This document shows, piece after piece, positions 31,486 through 44,116 of a stretch of DNA of 64,000 bases. The stretch is from Tubulanus polymorphus (taxonomy: Eukaryota; Animalia; Nemertea). The notes below the pieces were generated by a model that did not search any database, was not told the origin of the DNA, and worked only from the letters and a program-made list of their open reading frames with translations. The stretch is from positions 10,995,947 through 11,059,946 of the forward strand of contig NC_134030.1 of NCBI RefSeq assembly GCF_964204645.1, given 5' to 3'. Within the stretch, counting starts at the first letter, position 1. Each line of letters begins with the position of its first letter. The position numbers were made by a program, and so were the translations under genes.

Positions 31486-31516
<31 letters not shown>

Positions 31517-34500
31517 TTATTATTATTATCATTACTAGTATTATCGTTAGAAATGGTCTTTTATGATTATTTTTGCAATTTTTGAGATCGCAAAATAATT
31601 CAATCGTGGAAATAAACTTGACCGTGATTTTGACGAGCATGCGACTGTGTCCAATTGATTTTTTGTTCATTATCTCCGACACATTTTTCCATTCCGAAAT
31701 ACAACTAACAAATGACTCCAAAGTACATTTTGTGAACTTTTAGCGGGCCATAAATATTACTTAGTCAGATAAAATGAAACAATTAGTTTTGACGGTACAT
31801 TGTCTATGTCGCGTCGCCTTCATGAGTTATATAGGTGTATAACTTTGTCTTTATCTTCGATGAACCTACAGCATATAGCGGCAAAGAAGCGATAATGGGT
31901 TTTATGCTTAGTAGCATCACTAATCTCTGGAAATAGCAAATCTCTGGAAATTATAATTATAATTATAATTCAAACCAAATGATGACTGGCACTGTGGGAC
32001 ATTAAACCTGTTTAACATGTTTTCATATTCAAATAGAATCTGTGTTGCAGATGTTAATCTTTTATCTAAACTCACCGAGTTCCTATTTCTCAAACGCAAC
32101 GAAACATGAAAAACTCAGAAGACACTAGCCTTACATGCATTATACATTGCTTGACTCTGTAACAGAGTTTTTTTTACGATTCGGTAAGAATAAACTTCGA
32201 AGCTGCTGAAGCCATTACCGCTATTGTTATCAGTATACAATCAAAAAGCCCCACATTAGTACCGAGTAACATATCATTGGCACATAGAAAATGATTAAAC
32301 CATCCAACTTTTCATTTGATTTTAGAAATATATAGATACAGTGACTATCTTTTTTCGCTCTAGACATCGATAACAATGTTGACACGTCGTGGAACTGACT
32401 AACACGTTTAATAAGAAATGAATGTTCTATAAGATAACATAACGATAACGGTATTCGATCATACTATCCAGAGTCCGATATTCGGAGACTTATTCACGGA
32501 ACACGGTTGAACCTGGGCCGTTAACAATATAATATTCGAGCATTTACAAACCTATACAAATTATTTAAGGCCCTCCACGGGGACGAAACAAGGGGCCAAA
32601 AGGGGACAAAATCAAGATAACTTAAAATCTTGGGTATTGGGTTCAGTAAAATCCTAGTATGGGCTTTAGGCTTTTAGTGACTATTGGGGAGTACTGCTTG
32701 GTAAGTGTAAGGAAAATAATGATAATAGTTATCCAGGGAAAGTTATAGGGTTTTTGGTAATAAAAAACATAAAACCTAAATAAGTATATGCAAAAGTTCT
32801 ACGTGTGGTTTAAGACCGGGCTAAAGATATAATCGTATAGTTTGAAACAACACAGTTTTGAAAATCAAGAGAAACAGAATGAAACATAGTGACAGACTAG
32901 TACCGCAAACTCGCCAGTTTGCGTAAATATTGTTACCTTGACGACTGCAAGTATTATATGTATATATACTTCTGGAACGTATGAAAGCCTTGGGTATCCA
33001 AGAATGCTAACTATAGCTCATATTCCACTCAATTGAAAAAATCTGCTTATTGAAGGAATTGTCATCAAACTGAATCAAGATAATGTAAGCAATGACGCGT
33101 GTTTATGGATGATATGTTGTCACACAGTGGAACTGATTGTAAAAACGGTTTCCTGAAAAATTTTCTATGCCAAACTTTTTCTGACATGTTTTTGGGAAAA
33201 TCAATTTCATCTGTTTTTTTTTTAATTTTCCCAGAGCAAAATGTTCCAGCTTGGCGTTAGCTTTGAAAATAAGTTCGGACAGCACCAAGCAACACGTTTT
33301 TCATTTCTCACATGCCATTTTAAAGACAGGGGTGTTTGAAATGACGTTAAACTCTTATATTCCTTCTTCAATGTAATCGTGAAAAAATTATTTACAATGA
33401 ACAGACATTGAAAAATATTTGATATACTTTCGATTGACGTTAAAAGTTTCTGTTATTGCCGAAAGGGAGAAATTGAAAGGGATAAAAATCAATTGTATTT
33501 TGTTGCGCATTTTTGCACGTCTCTGTGTATCGGGCTTTGCGATGGTGTGTGATCAAAAATAATGCATTGGATTCCTCTCAAGAACAGACGCTCATAAACA
33601 AGATCGGAATAAAGAAATCTGTCGAACATGCCTCTGTACAAAGTGAATTGAAGATGGATTTCTACACCGAACGAGAAATTGAGACTTTTCTTAGATTTGT
33701 GCCATTATCTATTTTCAGAAATGGTATTGAGATGAGTACTTCGAAAGATGTGGAAGAGAAAAACGACGCTAAAAACATTGAAGCCGTTCGACACTATGTG
33801 CCAGTGCCCACTGATGGCGGGTATGGTTGGATAATATGCGTGACATCTTTCTTCTTTCAAATGATTTGTGACGGACTGATCTTTTCTTTCGGTGTCATTT
33901 TTGTGCATTTGCTCGACCACTTTCGTGAAAGTCGGAGCATGACCTCGTGGGTAGGGTCGCTCTTGCTTGGCATGTGTATGTTCAATGGTAAGCATCCTCT
34001 AATCGATTAACAACGTTGGGAACTTAGTTGAAATTAATGTTGACGGATGGATGTCATAGAACTGCCCGAGGAATCAATTCCGCTGACCTTCGGTGGTAAC
34101 GATGCTAATCGGGCGTTCTGGAAACCCCATAACTCTACGTACAATATGTACTATGATCAGCATCTGATTGTACGCATCAGATTCCCAACTAAAATCATAA
34201 AAATATTTTTTGCCGCACCGATTGACCCAAACAAAATGTGCCTTAACGATCATGAGTATAGCTCGTCATATATACGACAGCATATAGATGCATAACATAT
34301 CGATGGATAAATTGGCTTGTTGGCAAAACGACTACCAAGCAGCCGAACGCTAAACTAGGTCGCAATCAAATCGAAATAAATGTCACAATTGGAATCAAAT
34401 GCATACGAAAATGCATTTATAAAAGGAGATAAGCGAGTACTTATGTTTAAAAATGCAACTTGTACTCTGACTTATCAAAATAGAAGTCGAGAAACAACAT

Positions 34501-37360
34501 TTTGACATAACCTAATCGATGATTTCACCTGAAAAGTTCTAGGCGTGTAACTTCCGAATTGATTTCTAGTACCGTGAAAACTCATTTTACTACTAATAAT
34601 CAATCACTCTTCTTTGCACATTTATCTGAAGAAATGTACAATTCCAGGACCAGTTGCAGGAGCATTGTCGAAGGTATTCGGTTTCCGTCAAGTGGCTTTC
34701 GCTGGTTCAATAATAGCTACATCTGGCATGTTAGCAAGTAGTTTCGTTCCTAACATACCAACGATGATATTAACGATGGGGTTCATCGGTGGTACGTATA
34801 ACAATCTTATTTCGTATCGTTTCGATATCTATATTAAAGTGCCATTTCTTGAACCATTTTTCAAAAATTCCCATACCAACGCACATATGGTTCACCACAT
34901 CAGAATTTTATTTGTTTTTAGGTTTCGGCATATCTCTTCCTTATTTGATATCAATGGTAATGGTTGGGTCGTATTTTGAAAAGCGGCGGTCACTGGCTAA
35001 CGGTATCGCGTTGTGCGGATCCGGTGTTGGTGCCTTCGTGTTTTCACCCCTTCTGGAATATCTGCTGTCGATTTACAGCTGGCAAGGTACATTTATCGTG
35101 TTAGCCGGTATAATGTTACAAGGCTGTATATGCGGCGCTCTCTTTAGACCACCCCCGATAGGCGAGTCATCCCATTGTGTCAAACAGTTTACGAGCCGTT
35201 CAAGCAGAATGAATGAAGGGAATCCGAACGAGAACGATGTGCGATTAAAGAATTCAGATACAATCATTAGGACTAACGATGAAATACGAGTGTCATTATG
35301 TGTAAACGACGCCGTACTAAAAAATGGCCAAACTTTGACCCCACTGCACCTTTCAAAGGCTTACAACCATACGAGTAAGCAATCTGTACATGCAGAAACG
35401 TGCCTTTTATCAGCGGGAAGACTAAAAACCTCGTCCTTGCACGATCTAAACGCCGTTAACCGTCTCAAACATCGAATCTTCGAATCTACAATATCTGGCA
35501 GTGATGCCCGTCTGTTCCATAGACCTAACGGTGAATTATATAAAAGCGTTCAGTACTTAGGCTTCCAGGAACCCCGTACTTTGTTTCGGTCACATATAGC
35601 TATGACTGCTAGCAGTTTGAGTATGATAATGAAAGCACCGCCTGGTGGCAAAGCTTGGGTCGATAGCATGACTTGTACCAGTGACCACAGTAAAGCCGAT
35701 TTAGAAAAGCACAGTGCTGATGATATAACGTGGTGTGAAATAGTGAAAAGAAAGTTCTACTTCTTCGTGTGGTCTCTTGGTTTACCACTGCTGAAGGAAC
35801 CAGTTTGCGTGCTGATCATCGCATCGAGTATTCTCTGGACCGGTAAGTGTTGAAACGCAATTTTTGCAATCATTCAATTAGGACGAGAAGTATGAGTTGT
35901 TAATTGTTAATCGATAGTTATTATTAATCGTATCAGTCCAATTTCGTTCGTTGAATTCTTAGTATTAGGCTTAAAAGATATCTTATCTCTCAGTGAAGAT
36001 AAAGGGTCAAATGAAAAAAAGGATAAAATCCGGCCGGCCTGGAATTTTCTTTTCATTTTAATAAGAACAAACTAAACCGATCGGGTGTAAACTGTGTTAA
36101 TCATTGCCATTGCACCTCATGTGGCGGCACCCCTAGCAAGTGCTTTTGTTCATGTATTTGATAGATAGATTGGAGATACGCAGAAAAAATATGTATATAC
36201 ATGATAAAGATCTTTAGGACATGTGTTTATATCCTAATTTCAAATGAAAGATCAAATAAAAAATTGGCTACCGGGTGGGCCAATATTTTACTTATAACAA
36301 TTTTTAAGGCAGAAAACTCGATTTCGAGCTTCAGAATTTTGAGAAACAAAATAATTTTCAGCCTTAGCTTAAGTAAGGTTACGTCATCGGATCTATGGGG
36401 CTTGATAACACTTATATCATGGGTTCAGTAATGAGCGAATATTTTTCAGGACAAGCCGCTGTGTTTACTTACCTTGTTGACTTCGCGCGCTTCAAAGGCA
36501 TCGGCAGCTATGAGGCAGCATTCCTTTTGTCAATAATTGGTATAATGAATCTCATTGGTCGAATCGCCTTCGGATGGCTGACGGATTTCCCGAGAGTCGA
36601 CAGCGTAATCATGTACACCATTGGACTGGTGCTAGCTGCAGTATCGAACATCGCAATTCCTTTCTGCTCGAGCTATGCTGCATTTGCAGCTTGTGCAGCT
36701 CTGTTCGGCCTGGCAATGTGTAAGTGAATCTAGTTCCAGCCCATTCACATGTATAAAGCCGAGTTAAACCATCAAAAACATTTTACCAGAACTATTGCAT
36801 GACACATTAACAATGTTTTTTTTCATTTTTTTAAATAGCCGCTTACGTTTCCCTGCGTTCAATAATCGTGGTAGATCTTCTCGGCCTTGAACATCTTACT
36901 CATGGACTTGGTTTAGTAATAATGTTTCAGGGCCTCGCAAATATGGTTGTGCCTTCGATATCCGGTTAGTTACGGTTGATATTATTAATAATTAATTCGT
37001 CTGTGGGCATTAGACGTGTTATGGCATTAGCTATACGCTAGTACGGTGTTTAAAGATCGCAGAATTTTTGATCACCAGCTTTGCAGCGTTTCCCAAAGAT
37101 TCCACGATTTCTAAAATTCCTAATTCTATGGTGATTTCACGTTTTCGTGTTTCTGCGATTTTTGAATACCAACAGTGAAACACAATCCAATCATACCTGC
37201 AAATCTATTCTTTATTTCAGGTGCAATACTGGATATGACCGGGTCATACACGGCTCTTTTTATGTTATCAGGTTTTTTCTATTTCCTGTCCGCTTTCGCT
37301 ATTCTTCCGGTTAAATTTATAAAGACGCGTGTGGTCAAACTTCCGACCTCGGGCCTATAG
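30622..37360 (+). CDS. SLC16: Monocarboxylate transporter (SLC16/MCT family), paralogue B, about 643 aa
   Basis: Exons 30622-30683, 33719-33987, 34648-34791, 34922-35842, 36450-36719, 36839-36964 and 37221-37360. Same intron positions and phases as paralogue A, with identical 144/270/126-bp exons. Motifs PTDGGYGW and YFEKRRSLANG. First exon MNRDTQLNGGIGKNAANWSQ aligns with A's MNPDIRENGVIANATNRSQ. The start codon is inferred. Confidence 0.93.
31490..31535. repeat. (AAT)n/(ATT)n microsatellite
   Basis: aataat run that switches to attatt. Confidence 0.9.
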
Positions 37361-37814
37361 CCACATACCAGGGCCAGGATGTAAACTGCAACGATCTACG
37401 GTAACTGGTTGATAATGCTAAATGTAACATAAATACACTGACTACCTCTTACCAGGAAACACGACTGAGTAGATGCTTAAAGTTACACCAGTCACATGCC
37501 CTCATAGGACGCGTTGTGCCTTATTCGGAAAAATGATGGCATTTGTTGTCTCCCACTAGTGGATGGTTGGAAATTGAAAGGGGGTGAGCGGAGTGGATTA
37601 TACTAGGGCACATATCAGTCAGATGGATCACTCGGTACTGTAATTTTTGTCCGTCTGACATATTCCTTATTCTTGGTTAAACCAATGGTTTGACGATTTA
37701 TATGGCAATGCTCAATGGTACGTGTAAGATATAATGTAGCTCATTATATCGTTGACTATGGTGGCTGATTCGGGCCATCCCGAGGTTTTTTGGGCACGAA
37801 AAATCTGAAAAAAA

Positions 37815-38830
37815 CTTTAAAGCGAGAAAACAAATATTAATGCGAGAAAACAAATATCTAGCGCGAGAAAACAAATTATTTTGTTTTCTCGCCTGAAATA
37901 TTTGTTTCTCGCGTTAATATTTGTTTTGGAGGGGCGAGAAAACAATGTTTTGGTGGGGTCGCCAAAACAAATATTAACGCGATAAAACAAATATTTCAGG
38001 CGAGAAAACAAATTATTTTGTTTTTCGCCTGAAATATTTGTTTTCTCGCTATAAGGTTTGTTTTATCGCTTTGAGATTTATTTTGGCGGGGCCGAGAAAG
38101 TAGGGCGTGTATGTCGTTACAGTTCAAGGTCAGTTCAGTTGAACATCTGACTGCCAATTGATACGTGTGATATACAATTTTGTATAACATTTTGTATCTA
38201 ACGTGTTCATTACATGTATATCGGAATGAAGAATAGCTTCTCCGCAGATTCACACATTTACTGTCAACACTACGTACAAACATGTACTTTTACGTATACG
38301 TAATACATTTACGTGTAGAAGGATTTTGAGGAACGAAGTCCGTGACAAATACATTGAAATTACAAATACATTCATTACATTGAATCAAATTGCTTAACTA
38401 TAATTGTATCCCTTTTTTCGGCGATCATCGTTCCTAGGAAAACCAGAATGCGATAAGTATCCCGTATGGTTTTAATATATTCACCAATAGATTACCACAG
38501 TGGTAATGTTAAGTAGGCTGACCTGTCCTCGCAGCAATAAATCGTTAAAACAAACGTTCGCTTTCTCGACCTCGCCAAAACAAACTTTATAGCGAGAAAT
38601 CAAATATAAACGCGAGAAAACAAAATTTAACTCGAGAAAACAAAAATCAGGCGACGAAACAAAATAATTTGTTTTTTGTTTTCTCGCTCAAAATATCTGT
38701 TTTCTCGCGTTAATATTTGTTTTGGCAACCCCGCCAAAACAAAAAATGTGTTTGCTTGCCCCGCCAAAACAAAAATTAACGCGAGAAAACAAATATTTTA
38801 CACGAGAAAACAAAATAATTTGTTTTCTGT
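37815..38830. mobile_element. Element with modular inverted arms (gcgagaaaacaaat units) around a ~460-bp spacer
   Basis: 37815-38100 and 38561-38830 are built from gcgagaaaacaaa / tttgttttctcgc units. Inner edges ttttggcggggccgagaaag and ctttctcgacctcgccaaaa are inverted. Confidence 0.7.
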
Positions 38831-40248
38831 ATTGAAGAATTTCCTCGATACATCTAATGTACAGCGTTGCGGTTGACTTGTACGATTAGCCATGGCATCC
38901 ATTGTGAATCATCAGTAGATGGCAGCACCTTAAAATTAGATCAATAAACTAACCCATTACTTAAACAAATACTCGATATTTGCTCTTCAAATTCTACAAG
39001 CCATCATATCCCCGTGGAAGCATGGAATACCGAAGCCGCCAGTCTTCTTCGATTTTCGATCAATCAATGTTTGTTTTTTCCAAAGGATGCAAAAGGATAT
39101 AGACTTTTTTAAACTTTCTCGGAATATACAAATCGTAAAAAAGTGGCCTGGCACGGGTTTTTATCGTATGAGCACAGACTACGTTAGAGGGGTCTGAATC
39201 AACTGCCCTGTGAATCAGCCACGTAAATAAACAACAGAGAGAAATCAGGGCTACACTAAGCGCAGAAAAAGAATAGCCATTAGGACTTCTAAAAATGAAA
39301 TTTGACTACGAAATTTAAAAAAAACAACTTTTAATCACTAAGTAAAAGGATAGACATTAATCTCATGACAGCATCCTCATAAAAAAAGGAACACTGAGAG
39401 GGCACCTTAAGTGCCTACCTCACGAGTACAATTAGTTTCAAAGCAAGAGGCTGTCTTGTCACAGGCTTTTACAGGCCTTCAATTGACGGTAAATGATGAT
39501 ATGATATGATATTATGTGATATTATATGATACGATATGTTCGAATGAGCGCAGATTTTTCAAAACCGATCCGAATTCAAAGGAATCCCTACAAAAGGTTA
39601 CGGTAGACTCCGTTTATTCCAAATTAGATTGCCTCGTGATGAGAACTTTTCCCTGCTCCGATTGCCCTGGAATACATATACGCGTACCTCGGGGAGAATT
39701 AATTGTTCTCGATAGATACGAGGCAAGTGGAGTCTAGCTGTATTTGTATTTCTTCATGGTCCCGTGAATTTGGTGCCACGTGTTGCATAGTGATTGCGAT
39801 TCGATTTATTGAATAGATTCAATAAGAATTATAATAGGTTTCTTTAACTCTGACTAAATAATACTAACTTATTCAATTGTATTGTTTTTCTAATGTTTTT
39901 CTAATATTTCTTATTGATATCAAATTACTTTACATTTGACTAGAATTCAACTAAAATAATATATGAATATGATTTATACTTTTCCAAATATTCATAATAA
40001 AATCTGTGAGATAAATAGATATTGAAACAGAAATATGTATGATAAAACTATTTATTAATCTATGTATGGCAAGAATCTTTGATTCTTACTCATACTTGAA
40101 TACGTATTTAATACATTGATACGTATTTAATACGTATTCAATACATTGATACCTCAACCCTCCTTTTATAACATAAATATAATTTACTCATTTTCATACA
40201 TTTCAACTAATATATTTTATATTTTCAGCTAATTTAACAGTCGATTTC

Positions 40249-40566
40249 TTATTTTGATTCATATAATTTTTCATCAAGTTCACGAATATACATGTGATTC
40301 CTTAATGATTTTTTATTTTTATATCTTTTATTGCATATTTCACAGCATTTAATATTATTCAATCTATCTGAAATATAATTTATATTTTCTATTAATTCAG
40401 TGTATCTAATTTTACAGCAATCATAGAATTCTAACAACTGTTTTATAGCATAAACTGAGAATGAAAATAAACCTGAAATCATAATAATTGATCTAATATT
40501 CTGTTGATTTTTATACATTAGATGTAATATTTCTAATACCTTATTTTCACTCATTTTTATAGTCAA
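40249..40566 (-). CDS. Small hypothetical protein with a hydrophobic segment and a C2H2-like finger
   Basis: 105-aa ORF containing IIMISGLFSFSVYAI and CEICNKRYKNKKSLRNHM. The ATG start is probably MSENK. Confidence 0.5.
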   Translation of the reverse strand: MTIKMSENKVLEILHLMYKNQQNIRSIIMISGLFSFSVYAIKQLLEFYDCCKIRYTELIENINYISDRLNNIKCCEICNKRYKNKKSLRNHMYIRELDEKLYESK

Positions 40567-40601
40567 AATATATAGAACAAATTAAATTAAAAGATGCTGT
40601 T

Positions 40602-40820
40602 TTAATCCTCCAAATCATTTAAATCATTAATTTTTTTATTGTTATTTTTTCTGTGATTGTTTCCATTTAACTTCTTTAATTTCTTACTCAATTTTATATT
40701 TTCATTAATCAAATCCTTACTGATATTTTCATAATAAAAGAAAAGCGCAGCCAATATTAATCCTCCTGCTACTAAATAATGTTTCAAATCACTTTTCCCA
40801 GTTGGGATGAAACCATCCAT
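40602..40820 (-). CDS. Small single-pass membrane protein (hypothetical)
   Basis: 72-aa ATG ORF with TM-like YLVAGGLILAALFFYY followed by a basic K/N-rich tail. Preceded by TAAATAAATG. Confidence 0.45.
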   Translation of the reverse strand: MDGFIPTGKSDLKHYLVAGGLILAALFFYYENISKDLINENIKLSKKLKKLNGNNHRKNNNKKINDLNDLED

Positions 40821-40946
40821 TTATTTAAGAAAGAAATTAGAAAATTAATAAATATTTGCTAGTTTGTAACTAAATATTTTATAATCATTTTTAAAATATT
40901 AAACTTTTAAATGATTAAATCAAATAACAATTAAATTTACAGCCAA

Positions 40947-41330
40947 ACAATTTAACATTTCAACAGTCTAACAATTTAACATTTCAACAGTCGAACAATT
41001 TAACATTTTAACAGTCTAACAATTTAACATTTCAACAGTCGAACAATTTAACATTTTAACAGTCGAACAATTTAACATTTTAACAGTCAAACAATTTAAC
41101 ATTTCAACTGTCAAACAATTTATCATTTCAACTGTCAAACAATTTATCATTTCAACTGCCAAACAATTTATCATTTCAACTGTCAAACAATTTATCATTT
41201 CAACTGTCAAACAATTTATCATTTCAACTGTCAAACAATTTATCATTTCAACTGTCAAACAATTTATCATTTCAACTGTCAAACAATTTATCATTTTAAC
41301 TGTCAAAAAATTTATCATTTTAACAGTCTA
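40947..41330. repeat. 24-bp minisatellite, about 16 copies
   Basis: aacaattt(a)acatttcaac(a/t)gtc(a/g/t) units. They produce the MINCLTVE-repeat ORF. Confidence 0.95.
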
Positions 41331-41347
41331 TTAGATATTTAAATCAT

Positions 41348-42021
41348 TTAACTCAATTCAATAATTATTTGACTATTTAATTTATTTTTAATGTAGAATT
41401 GTTCCTCTTTACACCAGTTTTTATGTTTAATTGTTTGATAATGCTTTGATTTATGTGATTTTGAATATTTACCTCCGCAATAACAATGCATTTTTTCATT
41501 AGGATTAAATCTTTTGAATTCATTTTCTAAATCACATTGAATTGCAATATCTTTATAAGAATTATTATTAACTGATTCACATTGAATACCAATATTTGAT
41601 GAATTTTCATTATAGATAATTTGTTTATTATCAAAATTGAAATAATATAATTGTCTTTTTTCAATTCTTAAGTTAATCAAATCATTGTAATCTTTAGAAA
41701 GTATTATATCACTTTTTCTTTCATTGAAAGGAGTTTTAAGAATATGTATTATGTTTTCATCTAAAGTTCCTTTAAAATTAAAAACTGTATTGAACATTTT
41801 AGGATTTTTAACACCATTATCAAAAGTATCAATAAGTTCAGTAATTAAATATGTTTCATTTGATAATATTTGATTAATTACAGTAATATTTTCAATATAT
41901 AATGTCTTGCGGACACTAAATTTGTTGCTGAAATATAATTTTTAATGTTAAACTGTGAAAATGATTTATTGGTTTCATTGATTTCGATTTTAAAGTTGGG
42001 TTCTTCTTCTTCTTTCTTCAT
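41348..42021 (-). pseudogene. Hypothetical ~224-aa protein with a CxCG..Y....K..H..T.KH Zn finger; one frameshift near 41915
   Basis: ATG at 42021 (MKKEEEEPNFKIEIN...) joins the 41348-41797 ORF through one frameshift. The C-terminal part contains MHCYCGGKYSKSHKSKHYQTIKH. Confidence 0.55.
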
Positions 42022-42051
42022 TTTTATAACAAAAGTTTTATTAAAACTCAT

Positions 42052-42520
42052 TCAAATATAAATATTCAATGTTTTAAATATGAATTATTTCACTCGTTAA
42101 TTACTCGTTACTTTTTATATTAAAAATCAAGAATTTAACACATAATTATATAAATATTCACTGTTTTAAATATGAATTATTTCATTCGTTAATTACTCGT
42201 TACTTTTATATTGAAAATAAGAATTTAACACATATAAATATAAATATTCACTGTTTTAAATATGAATTATTTCACTCACACTTTACTCACATTTTTTATG
42301 TTAAAAAATAAGAATTTAACGCTTATAAATACAAATATTCACTGTTTTAAATATGAATTATTTCACTCACACTTTACCCACACTTTTTATGTTTAAAAAT
42401 CAAGAATTTAACACATATAAATATAAATATTCACTGTTTTAAATATGAATTATTTCACTCACACTTAACTAACACTTTTTATGTTTAAAAATCTAACTCA
42501 TACAAATATAAATATTGAAA
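42052..42520. repeat. ~89-bp AT-rich tandem repeat, about 5 copies
   Basis: aaatattcactgttttaaatatgaattatttcactc...aagaatttaacaca units. Confidence 0.92.
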
Positions 42521-42643
42521 TATGTTTAATATATATCTATATATCTATCTATAAGAGCTTTTCTACGAACACTTTATATTGAATAATCTATCAATTTATA
42601 TGTTTTTCATATATATTTTATTCATGTATATAAATATTTTAAG

Positions 42644-42911
42644 AGTAATAGGGGAAATAGGCTTTCAGATTAAAGGTTGAAAGGGCGAGTGAGGAAAAAT
42701 GAAAAATATGAAAATAACAATAATTTCTACTTGAATTAGGAGTGAAACTCATAAAAAATGAAAAATAAATTCGAGCGTGCGAGAATTATTTTTCATTTTT
42801 ATGAGTTTCGCGACTAATTCAAGTAGAAATTGTTGTTATTTTCATATTTTTTCATTTTTTATGAGCTCGACCTTTCGACCTTTGATCTGAAAGCCTATTT
42901 CCCCTATTACT
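42644..42911. repeat. 268-bp near-perfect palindrome at the end of the AT-rich cassette
   Basis: agtaataggggaaataggctttcagat ... atctgaaagcctatttcccctattact, with centre aattcgagcgtgcgagaatt. Confidence 0.92.
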
Positions 42912-44116
42912 ACCGCAATATCAACAACGTAACCTTTGCAATTTCTAACAAATATTATTCCCTGATTTAAACAATTTTATGAAAATTAAGACAAATACTT
43001 TCATTTAAAAGATAAGATTCAAGATGTGAATTACAAGGTAAGACTGACTGTGCAGAACACTCCACACTGCGGGCGTGTCTTCATAAGCTACTACTACAGT
43101 AGTTGCATATATCCTGAACTAGTTGGTGTATATGCCGTTAGGATCGGATCCAGGAGTGGACGTAGGGTAGCACCATGGGCATGGCTCATTTTCATTGGAG
43201 AGACGGAGATGGCCTATTCCCACCCCCCCCCCCCCACAAAATGTAGAAAAAAAGAGCCTGGATTTAATGGACCGCCGCCTGTTACGACGAAGCAGTTATA
43301 CTAGATGTAACTCAGCATCCATGCGTTAATCCATCCGTGTAGCGAACGAACCCCCTAGAATTTTCAAAGTGGCCTCCAAAAAGTCAGGTAAAAAATAAAT
43401 TGAAAATAAAGATTTTTCGAAATTTGAATACAATGTTCATGTTTTTTTCGGAAAATGAAAAGTGCGCCTTATACAATACGATAAGTGTCATGCAAAAGGT
43501 CTAGATGCGCGACTGTTAGAAATGATGTATACTGTAATCCGCTGCATTGCATTTCTACTGAATATTTATGAGAAACGGTAAAAATCAATACATTATTTGT
43601 CACATTATCGAAATCCAATGCGATGCAAAGGAAAAGGTAAGCTCATGTGGCAAAAGATTGAACAAAGTGTCGTTCAGAGAAATCTACCGAAGGTGAAAAT
43701 TCAACAATTACCGAAGAAAAAATGAGAAAGATTTCTTCAAAGAAATCGGAAAATCGACGAATAGCTGATAGTTGAAGATTCGCAGCAAACAAAACTGATC
43801 GACTACGTTGAGTTTCCTTCAACTTGTGGATAGTAAACGAAAATAACTTTCAAACTACGTACGTAAGGGTGAAAATTAAGTATACGTTTAAAGTACGTGA
43901 AAGAACCTGAAGACCACAGGAAAAACACTATATCCATTGATGAATGGATAAAAAAAATCATAAAGAAAAAATTGTCTAAATGGGAATAGACAGCCTTTGG
44001 AGCGATGGTGAAATATACACGAGAACTTGACGTAAGTCGGTAAGGTGGCTGCAATCGAGGGACTGTGTATCTGCGTGGATTACCCTTATATTAAGTGGCT
44101 GGGATCGAGGTGCTGT

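Larger units (their letters stand above)
39790..42911 (-). mobile_element. Very AT-rich intronless cassette, probably the terminal fragment of a Polinton/Maverick-like or DNA-virus-derived element
   Basis: Abrupt rise in AT content, co-oriented small ORFs with N/K/I-rich composition and Zn fingers, two tandem arrays and a terminal palindrome. No hallmark gene (pPolB, integrase, capsid, ATPase) is visible. Confidence 0.5.

Noticed and set aside
33513-33718. Long N-terminal extension of SLC16-B in the ORF track (likewise 18054 for A and 34789)
   Set aside because: It is intron read-through. Acceptors at 33718, 18133 and 34921 fit the phases of the paralogous upstream exons.
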